A stretch of DNA of 5,119 nucleotides from Chlamydiota bacterium. GTDB taxonomy: Bacteria > Auribacterota > JACPWU01. Below, piece by piece: positions 1-5,119 of the stretch. Made by a program: the position numbers and the translations under genes. The stretch spans positions 1 through 5,119 of the forward strand of contig JACPWU010000036.1 of assembly GCA_016196885.1 (NCBI GenBank), in the 5' to 3' direction. The stretch's first letter is position 1. Each line of letters starts with the position of its first letter. A model generated the notes under the pieces. That model was given only the letters and a program-made list of their open reading frames with translations, was not told the origin of the DNA and did no database searches.

Positions 1-2407
1 ATGGGTCTTGCACCTTGTATTTTAGAGCCAAGTAGGGATACTTGTTTAAATCAATCCACTGCGCTCCCCCTAAACGTCCTTCATCCCCTATCAACTCTGG
101 GCCAGGATTTAAATATTGAATCTTTACAAACTCATCTTCGGATCCATTAAAAAAGCCTTTCACCCGACAAATACCTTTCCTAAAACTACTTTGAAAAGGA
201 CATCCTACTCCTTGCATTTTCATCTTAGAAATGTTCTCTTCCCTTTGAAAAAAATGATTCTCTTTTAAGGCACTTTCTAATAAAAATCGAGAAAAGGATT
301 CCCCTGTTCTTCTAAAAACTTTCTTAAGTGAAAATCCACCCATCAGCTCATAAGGACAGTCCCTTGTAAACACCTGATACATTCTATACTTTTCAGCCTT
401 CTTCTCAACCTCATCATGCTTACCAACATCATCAAAAAAATAAGATACTTCTGTCTTTTTGAAGATCGAGTCTATCCCCTCGGGACCTAAAAGATTGTTG
501 ACCGTGGACCCATGATCACTGTCACGATTGATCCACAAAACAGAATGTCTAAGCGGCTTCTTCAACCCTTTCATCAAAGTCTCAATCCCCAGATCTCTTT
601 GCTGGTCCTCAAAGGCAAAGACAGGATGGCGTTTAAAATAAGGCATGAGCACGGGCAATCCTAGGTTAGAGACAGGACCTCTGACAATTGCAACGCTCGA
701 AGCAGGGTAAATCAGGGGCAGGACTCGAGTGTTCTCGAAAATCTCAACAAGTTCACTGTTGCAAATCCTGCTTAATCCATCCACGGCCTCAAACCTTCTG
801 GCAATCTCCTTCATCGAAGGCGTCTGAGAACCTTGATACATACCCAGACGAATGATGAGATATTTAATGCTTGCAAGACCCAGCAATTCTGTCAGATAAC
901 CACTGTTATGAGAAAAAATCTTGGCCCGCAAGATATCAATAAAGTCACTGGCGATGCCATTGCCTCGATCCGAGAGACCAATCACAGCAGGAACCGGTGC
1001 ATAAATCGAAAATAAGTCACAGATTTCTCGGCTCATCCCAAAAAATCTTTTATCATTCAGCAGGCCGACCCGTCCCCCCAATGGCAGATACAAAGCCTTC
1101 AAACCACTTTTTTCCCCTTTTAAACTTTGCTCTACTTCGTAATATTCCTTTGGAAATTGTAATGTCCTCAGCCGTATGTCAAAGCCTCCACTAGACTCTC
1201 CATAAAGCTCTCCTATCCAAAATGGGCAAGAAAGCAAGACCACCAGAAAGACTAAACCATAACCTACAAAACGCTTGAATCTATACCCTCTAAAATTCCA
1301 CAGAGAAGCCTTTTTTGTATAACAACACAACGCATCTATCACCATGGCACTGAGAACAGCGTAGGCCAAATTTGAAAGCACCATGAATCGGCCCACATCA
1401 CGCACCACATTGGAAAAGGGAATGAAAGCAAAGAAACCTCGTCCTAAAAAGAAAATCCAAGGTAGAAGCGATAAACAAACAAAGTAGATCACCCTTCTAC
1501 TTCTCCTCAAGAGGAGGGCCGAATAGGCTAACAGGGGAGGTACCATAGATAAAAACATCCAGGGATGAGACCAGGTAGATTCATATTGATAATTACGAAG
1601 TCCTCCCCATAACCTCAACAGCCCGAGGAAGCTGAGTTTTTCCTGAAAGCGGTCAATATCAAAGCTGGAAACCTTCTGGGTTACCAATGGATTCTGGGGC
1701 ATTAACACCGCGAATATCCAATGTGCATTCACGAGAAAAAAAATGAGAAACACCAGTCCCAAAAACTTTAAGGAGGTTTTTATCTCACTTTTTGAGGTCA
1801 CAATAAACCAAGCTAATAAAAACAACGCCAGGGGATACCAAACCAAAGACTGTGATTGAAAAACCGCTATCGAAAAGAGCAAGCTCGTTAAGATCGCATA
1901 ACTGCCTTTGCGCGTTTTAACAGCTTTTGTAAAAGCCATCAAAGTCCATGGAAACAAAGCGAGTGACAGAATCACAAACAACCATCCCATGATAATATAG
2001 TTAAAGAAGAGAGGGGTGGTCACAAAATAAAAGCCCCCTACCAGGGAGGGGAAAAAACCCAATTTTAAGAAACGGCAGTATGAATAAAGGGAGAATCCTG
2101 CCAAGGTAAACATAAAAATCAGCAGAAATTTGACGAATCCTGCCCCATTGATTCCTAAAAATGACAGTCCTCCCACGAACAGACGAAAGAAACAGTCATT
2201 CAAGTTGGAAGCCGCAAGACCAAACAAGGACTCGGTGTTATGACGCCACATGAACACACCTTGAGCAGCATAAGCACGCATCTGATCAGGCGCCTCTGGC
2301 AAACCCCAATCTCCCCCACTGATCAAACCAGGAGAGGCAAGAATTCCCCGCAAGAAAACCAGGGAAACCACGCAATAGAAAATCAATGCAAAAACCCGCT
2401 GGCTCAT
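1..2407 (-). CDS. Large polytopic membrane protein, putative GT-C fold glycosyltransferase (AftD/DUF3367-like or YfhO-like). It is 3'-partial: the C-terminus lies beyond the left window edge.
   Basis: Manual reverse-complement translation from the ATG at 2407..2405 gives 802 sense codons with no stop down to position 2 (MSQRVFALIFYCVVSLVFLRGILASPGLISGGDWGLPEAPDQ ... LNKYPYLALKYKVQDP). The ORF track omits it only because no stop lies in the window. AGGA sits 7 nt upstream of this ATG. An alternative in-frame ATG is at 2425..2423, just after an in-frame TGA at 2431..2429. Nt ~1216..2407 encode about 12 hydrophobic segments with an acidic first-loop motif (GGDWGLPE). Nt 1..1215 encode a hydrophilic, presumably extracytoplasmic domain (e.g. 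LTELLGLASIKYLIIRLG). The family call comes from remembered architecture and motifs and was not searched. Confidence 0.88.
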   Translation of the reverse strand, partial: MSQRVFALIFYCVVSLVFLRGILASPGLISGGDWGLPEAPDQMRAYAAQGVFMWRHNTESLFGLAASNLNDCFFRLFVGGLSFLGINGAGFVKFLLIFMFTLAGFSLYSYCRFLKLGFFPSLVGGFYFVTTPLFFNYIIMGWLFVILSLALFPWTLMAFTKAVKTRKGSYAILTSLLFSIAVFQSQSLVWYPLALFLLAWFIVTSKSEIKTSLKFLGLVFLIFFLVNAHWIFAVLMPQNPLVTQKVSSFDIDRFQEKLSFLGLLRLWGGLRNYQYESTWSHPWMFLSMVPPLLAYSALLLRRSRRVIYFVCLSLLPWIFFLGRGFFAFIPFSNVVRDVGRFMVLSNLAYAVLSAMVIDALCCYTKKASLWNFRGYRFKRFVGYGLVFLVVLLSCPFWIGELYGESSGGFDIRLRTLQFPKEYYEVEQSLKGEKSGLKALYLPLGGRVGLLNDKRFFGMSREICDLFSIYAPVPAVIGLSDRGNGIASDFIDILRAKIFSHNSGYLTELLGLASIKYLIIRLGMYQGSQTPSMKEIARRFEAVDGLSRICNSELVEIFENTRVLPLIYPASSVAIVRGPVSNLGLPVLMPYFKRHPVFAFEDQQRDLGIETLMKGLKKPLRHSVLWINRDSDHGSTVNNLLGPEGIDSIFKKTEVSYFFDDVGKHDEVEKKAEKYRMYQVFTRDCPYELMGGFSLKKVFRRTGESFSRFLLESALKENHFFQREENISKMKMQGVGCPFQSSFRKGICRVKGFFNGSEDEFVKIQYLNPGPELIGDEGRLGGAQWIDLNKYPYLALKYKVQDP

Positions 2408-2496
2408 ACTCTTATCCTGGCCCATGCATCAAAAGCCTTTCAAATAATTTCATGCCTTGAGTGTGGGCATTCCTAAAAATGATCTGCCTTCTGGTC

Positions 2497-3489
2497 TCAG
2501 TCTCCCTTCCATAAACTCTCATCTTTTTTGAGCCATATCTCAACACAGTCACCCCACGGGGTCCAGGATAAAAGGGTTGCAATGGGAAAAAGAAAAAAAT
2601 TCAGAAAAAGATTCCCTCCCAATCGGCTCCTCATCCCCAGAAGCTGATGCTTGCGGAACTGATTCAACCAATAGTCTAGACTGATCAAACTAAAGGCTGG
2701 AAAACTTTGGAAGGTTCTGCGAACCTCTTGAAAACCAGACTTTTCAGCACATTGCCTCAATGTCTTCAAGGAATATAAGAAAAAATGTCTCGGGGTTTCC
2801 AAGGCATGCCAACATCTCCCAAAAATTTTAAATCCCAAGGACCCAATATTTGGAACATTGATAATAAGAGTCCCGTCTCTTTTCAGTACCCTTCTCAAAT
2901 CCATTAAAGATAACAAAGGATCTGGTAAATGTTCGAAAACATGATTCAAAGTAATAACATCAAAATACTCATCCGGGAAATGGGATTCTTTAAGAGAAAG
3001 AACATTTAATCCCCGAGCCCTTGCCCTCCTCAAAGCTATTTCACTAAAATCGACCCCCCAAACCTCCATTCCTAATCCCTTCATCTTCTCAAGGAAGTCA
3101 CCTGAACCACATCCGAAATCCAACAAACGTCCTTCTGGTTTGACTAAAGTCCCTCGGATCAGCGGTCGAAAGGGTAGAAACAAAATCTTTTCCCAGAAAT
3201 GGTCTTCTAAAGAATCATAAATCCGTTCAAGCTTCTTAAGGAATTTCGCCCCGAGTAAAGCATGGTGGGTTCTAGGCTCATAGGCCTCATAAATTTCAGG
3301 ATAATAAGGAATGATCTCCTCTTGAGGTTGAGGATTAATAAAAATCAGGCCACAAGTGCACTTCCATAAAGAAAATTCTCCGGTCGTTCCGTACATTCGA
3401 TCGTGATTATTAAAGAGAAACTGAAAATCTGTGGCGCCACAAAGACAGCATTGAGAAATCTCTCTCACGCATTCACCTCTAGCCCGCAT
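2497..3489 (-). CDS. Class I SAM-dependent methyltransferase with an N-terminal 4-Cys zinc-ribbon-like motif and a hydrophobic C-terminal tail
   Basis: This is the 330-codon ORF in the track. Motif I is LLDFGCGSGDF, the acidic post-I motif is VWGVDFSE, and motifs II/III are FDVITLNHVFEHLPDP and LKRDGTLIINVPN. The N-terminus carries CCLCG...KCTCG. The C-terminus has a hydrophobic stretch, NLFLNFFLFPIATLLSW. Start uncertainty: the ATG at 3489 lies inside the terminal repeat of the inserted element. An in-frame GTG at 3468 is preceded by AGAGGTGA (3480..3473) with a 4-nt gap, so the native start may be 3468. Confidence 0.93.
   Translation of the reverse strand: MRARGECVREISQCCLCGATDFQFLFNNHDRMYGTTGEFSLWKCTCGLIFINPQPQEEIIPYYPEIYEAYEPRTHHALLGAKFLKKLERIYDSLEDHFWEKILFLPFRPLIRGTLVKPEGRLLDFGCGSGDFLEKMKGLGMEVWGVDFSEIALRRARARGLNVLSLKESHFPDEYFDVITLNHVFEHLPDPLLSLMDLRRVLKRDGTLIINVPNIGSLGFKIFGRCWHALETPRHFFLYSLKTLRQCAEKSGFQEVRRTFQSFPAFSLISLDYWLNQFRKHQLLGMRSRLGGNLFLNFFLFPIATLLSWTPWGDCVEIWLKKDESLWKGD
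3473..3480 (-). promoter_or_regulatory. Shine-Dalgarno sequence AGAGGTGA serving an in-frame GTG at 3468 (probable native translation start of the methyltransferase)
   Basis: On the minus strand, AGAGGTGA matches 7 of 8 positions of the canonical GGAGGTGA. The spacing from the GAGG core to the GTG is 7 nt. By contrast, the ATG at 3489 is preceded by TTTTCAGATAAA with no SD-like purine run. Confidence 0.55.
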
Positions 3490-3491
3490 TT
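3482..3491 (+). repeat. Left terminal inverted repeat GCCCGCATTT (12 bp if the flanking TA at 3480..3481 is included)
   Basis: It is the exact reverse complement of 3792..3801. It overlaps the annotated ATG (3489..3487) of the methyltransferase ORF. Confidence 0.9.
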
Positions 3492-3538
3492 TATCTGAAA
3501 ATAGTTTTTAGTTATTCTTATACAATAAGTTATGATGA

Positions 3539-3794
3539 CTTGTAGTCGCCCGATTCATCGGGCAGCCCCATAAATGGGGCGACTACAAGGGTGATTTTCA
3601 TCCCCCTTTGTGACTGAAAGTTATGGCCGTTTCTCATCAGATTTCGTCGCGAGAGCGTCAAGTCTGCCTTGGATGCGAGGAAGACGCTCCGTGCCATGCG
3701 AGGCATACTTTGCAGTATGTCGAGCGTGGCCGACCGAGTCTGCACGGAGAGACGAGGCGGAATCGGAGAAGAGCAGCAGAAATGTGATGAGAAA
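3539..3794 (-). ncRNA. Candidate structured RNA of unknown class, embedded between two co-oriented genes. It has a three-way junction, a GAAA-capped hairpin and a GCAA-capped extended hairpin closed by a 16-bp helix.
   Basis: Three-way junction: a 9-bp outer helix (3539..3547 / 3581..3589) encloses two 6-bp hairpins (3548..3563 and 3565..3580). Hairpin 3589..3606 has a GAAA loop on the minus strand. The extended hairpin 3693..3730 reads, on the plus strand, GCCATGC-GAGG-CATACT-TTGC-AGTATG-TCGA-GCGTGGC, and its loop is GCAA on the minus strand. Helix 3687..3692 / 3744..3749 and the closing helix 3630..3645 / 3779..3794 complete the fold. Strand choice rests on the GNRA loops occurring only on the minus strand. 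I recognise no known RNA family. Confidence 0.3.
3625..3645 (+). repeat. Internal degenerate copy of the terminal repeat (GGCCG--TTTCTCATCAgATTTC), in the same orientation as the left end and inverted relative to the right end
   Basis: Reading the right end inward gives GCCCGCATTTCTCATCACATTTC (reverse complement of 3779..3801). The internal copy matches it at 19 of 23 positions with one 2-nt gap. That match includes an exact 10-mer (3630..3639 vs 3785..3794) and a further exact 5-mer (3641..3645 vs 3779..3783). Confidence 0.85.
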
Positions 3795-3801
3795 TGCGGG
3801 C
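3779..3801 (-). repeat. Right terminal inverted repeat (outer 10 nt pair with 3482..3491; inner 16 nt pair with 3630..3645)
   Basis: This was read directly from the sequence. Base 3801 also supplies the G of the TAG stop codon (3803..3801) of the upstream gene. Confidence 0.9.
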
Positions 3802-5119
3802 TAACATCTATTCTTTCTTTTCATAAGGTAAAATCCCAATAAACAAAACAACAAAACAGTTCCAGAAATAATCCATCCTACCTCCAAAGCCCTTTGTGAA
3901 GTAAATTCAAGAATAATCTCAAAAGATTCATTTTGTCTCTCAATTTCTAACTGCGTTCCAAGGTCTTTAGGATCCACCCACCACGTGTTCAAATATCCAT
4001 TGGCTGCAAAATGACGCTTCAACTCGATACGCCGTCCACGATCTCTTAAAAGACTCAACAGCGCAGAAGAAGGTTCATCAAACTCCAAAAATTGGCCCCT
4101 GCCATTCTGTGTAAGGTCATTGACCTTTCGAACATAGGCTCTCCAATTGGGATGAAAAGATTCGCTAAAGACCAACCAAAACGGCTGATCAGATTTCTGG
4201 ACCCTCACAACATAGCGCGTCGGATTGATTTTTCTAAAATCAATCTCTGGCAAGCGCTGTTCGCGCTCTAACCCAGGTCTAAACAAGAGCCAATCACAAG
4301 TGAGCCTGGGATTCGTTAAGAAACGCAGTTTCTGAAACCTCTTTTGAAATTTTAAAGGGTCCAGGCGAAATTGGAAACAGTTTTCGTCCACCCTTTTAAT
4401 CTTACCTTGTGGAATGTCAACCGGGGTGCCATTCAGAGAAAAGAGTTTGACCGGATCCAATCCGAAGTCAAACGCCTCTAACCTCCTTATTTTTTGTTCA
4501 AAAAGATAACTTTCTACACGATACCGCCACCGATTCTTCTTCTGATGGGGTGCTACAAGCTCCATCCATTGCAATTCCCAATTTTTCCAGTTCTTTCTCG
4601 CATCCAAAATCTCCCGAAAATCAATATTCACAAAACTGATCCCTTTATTGAGAGATACCACTGAAAATTCGCGCTCTAATTGGCTTGATTCTTTTTTCTC
4701 GCCGGCCAGCCCAAAGCCAAAGATCGCTCGAACATGACGTCCTGAGTAGTCTTTCAAAAAAAGGTTCCAGTGATTCATATCATTTAAATTTAAAAATTGT
4801 CTCTTGTGAACCTGAAATGAGAATTTCTTGTCGCGAGGAATCTCAAAGAGAGACCCAACCCCATAGACTTTCCCTTCGTCTTCATAAGCATAAGATTTAG
4901 TAGGAAGATCCTGCTGGAGATCTACATCCAAATGTTGAAACATCCCGATATCATAAAGGACAAAATCATATTCTCCCTTCTTCCCCTTGGAACAATCCAC
5001 TCCCCAAATCTTATGCGGTAAAATCTCTAACGAGGTGAGATAATAATGCTTCTCGCCAGGTAACACCTCTCGTGCCTTTCTCAAAAGGTCTACGATGAAT
5101 GTATCCTTCTTGGCCGAAG
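3801..5119 (-). CDS. C-terminal part of a large envelope protein with a C-terminal TM anchor, probably the extracytoplasmic domain of a second AftD/YfhO-like GT-C protein. It is 5'-partial.
   Basis: The track ORF 3801..5084 begins at a TTG. The same frame is open upstream to the window edge (...SAKKDTFIVDL before LRKAREV), so the true start lies beyond 5119. The stop TAG is at 3803..3801. A single hydrophobic helix, VGWIISGTVLLFCLLGFYLM (~3822..3881), is followed by a basic tail, KRKNRC. The motif FWLVFSESFHPNWRAYV ... ANGYLNTWWV resembles the conserved C-terminal xxPGWxA / NGW region of YfhO/AftD-type proteins, as I recall it; this was not searched. Confidence 0.88.
   Translation of the reverse strand, partial: SAKKDTFIVDLLRKAREVLPGEKHYYLTSLEILPHKIWGVDCSKGKKGEYDFVLYDIGMFQHLDVDLQQDLPTKSYAYEDEGKVYGVGSLFEIPRDKKFSFQVHKRQFLNLNDMNHWNLFLKDYSGRHVRAIFGFGLAGEKKESSQLEREFSVVSLNKGISFVNIDFREILDARKNWKNWELQWMELVAPHQKKNRWRYRVESYLFEQKIRRLEAFDFGLDPVKLFSLNGTPVDIPQGKIKRVDENCFQFRLDPLKFQKRFQKLRFLTNPRLTCDWLLFRPGLEREQRLPEIDFRKINPTRYVVRVQKSDQPFWLVFSESFHPNWRAYVRKVNDLTQNGRGQFLEFDEPSSALLSLLRDRGRRIELKRHFAANGYLNTWWVDPKDLGTQLEIERQNESFEIILEFTSQRALEVGWIISGTVLLFCLLGFYLMKRKNRC

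Larger units (their letters stand above)
3482..3801. mobile_element. 320-bp non-coding, GC-rich, IR-bounded element (MITE-like, with TA/TA flanks). Alternative readings are an invertible DNA segment or a resident structured-RNA locus.
   Basis: There are perfect 10-bp terminal inverted repeats: GCCCGCATTT at 3482..3491 and AAATGCGGGC at 3792..3801. TA lies immediately outside both ends (3480..3481 and 3802..3803). G+C is about 56% over 3541..3780, against about 33-37% in the flanking coding lines I counted by hand. In-silico excision restores a compact stop/SD/GTG junction. No long credible ORF lies inside. Confidence 0.5.

Noticed and set aside
833-1194. Plus-strand ORFs 833..1015 and 997..1194 from the track
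   Set aside because: They lie entirely antisense to the uninterrupted 802-codon minus-strand frame. They are short, low-complexity and have no RBS. They are shadow ORFs.
1736-1743. Homopolymer tracts inside coding regions (A8 at 1736..1743, A7 at 2593..2599 and 248..254) as slipped-strand phase-variation sites
   Set aside because: Runs of 7-8 are expected in an AT-rich genome with Phe/Lys-rich membrane proteins. All are in frame as read, and I see no evidence of length heterogeneity.
2240-2476. Plus-strand ORF of 78 aa
   Set aside because: It is antisense to the N-terminal TM region of the minus-strand membrane protein and its start region. There is no independent coding signal.
2432-2496. 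Gap between the methyltransferase stop and the next gene; weak ATGCC/GGCAT stem (about 2464..2482)
   Set aside because: It is only a 5-bp stem with a 9-nt loop and no U-tract, so it is not a convincing terminator or regulatory structure. The genes are probably co-transcribed.
3492-3538. Sigma-70-like promoter in the AT-rich arm (minus-strand TATAAG at 3522..3517) and imperfect palindrome AGTTATTCTTATACAATAAGT (3510..3530)
   Set aside because: The -10 matches 5 of 6, but the best -35 candidates at 16-18 nt spacing match only 2-3 of 6. AT-rich DNA yields such matches easily. I kept it only as supporting context for the inverton idea and not as a feature.
3548-3563. Minus-strand GCCCGAUGAAUCGGGC resembles the GGCCCGAUGAAACC segment of SAM-I riboswitches, upstream of a SAM-dependent enzyme
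   Set aside because: The rest of the SAM-I core (the AGAGGGGCGGAGGGA-type junction, the kink-turn and the GCAACC/AGAUGAG elements) is absent. It is a short chance resemblance.
3548-3580. GC-rich hairpins as intrinsic terminators for the upstream gene
   Set aside because: Neither hairpin is followed by a U-tract on either strand. The nearest T-run (3595..3598) is 14 nt away and lies inside another helix.
3545-3583. GTCGCCC...GGGCGAC palindromes reminiscent of type I CRISPR repeats
   Set aside because: It is a single occurrence. There is no repeat-spacer periodicity anywhere in the window and there are no cas genes.
3629-3650. Hammerhead-ribozyme-like core on the minus strand (CGAAAU followed by CUGAUGAG)
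   Set aside because: GAAA and CUGAUGA are separated by a single nucleotide. No helix II or helix III, and no UH cleavage site, can be drawn in the required order. CUGAUGAG is simply part of the internal terminal-repeat copy.
3530-3745. Minus-strand 71-aa ORF, and the nested 23-codon mini-ORF MKITLVVAPFMGLPDESGDYKSS (ATG at 3601)
   Set aside because: The frame runs straight through the hairpin arms. The G-run before the internal ATG abuts the start codon with no spacer. Nothing distinguishes it from chance, though a leader peptide cannot be strictly excluded.
3610-3804. Plus-strand 64-aa ORF inside the element (GTG start, Arg/Ser-rich)
   Set aside because: There is no SD upstream (TCCCCCTTT). 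Its composition is what random translation of GC-rich structured DNA would give. Its stop is simply the terminal repeat read on the other strand.
4685-4900. Plus-strand ORF of 71 aa
   Set aside because: It is antisense within the 3801..5119 coding frame, so it is a shadow ORF.

Overview
All three convincing genes in this window are on the minus strand. Together they look like one low-GC cell-envelope glycan locus. (1) 3801..5119 is the C-terminal ~439 codons of a large envelope protein; its frame stays open to the right edge and it ends in a single TM anchor. (2) 2497..3489 is a class I SAM-dependent methyltransferase with an N-terminal 4-Cys ribbon. (3) 1..2407 is an ORF of at least 802 codons that the supplied ORF track omits because it has no stop codon in the window. 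It has about 12 TM segments followed by a large hydrophilic domain, which is the architecture of a GT-C (AftD/DUF3367- or YfhO-like) glycosyltransferase. The unusual part is the 320-nt gap between genes 1 and 2 (3482..3801). By hand count it is much more GC-rich (~56%) than the flanking coding DNA (~33-37%). It is bounded by perfect 10-bp inverted repeats with TA on each outer side, and it carries a third internal copy of the terminal repeat. It is packed with helices whose loops are GNRA tetraloops only when read on the minus strand. Removing it in silico restores a tight stop-codon/Shine-Dalgarno/GTG operon junction. I read it as a MITE-like insertion. An IR-bounded invertible switch or a structured RNA co-transcribed inside the operon are live alternatives. 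No transposase, recombinase, reverse transcriptase, CRISPR array, tRNA or rRNA is visible. Family names come from motif recognition by eye and no database search was possible.
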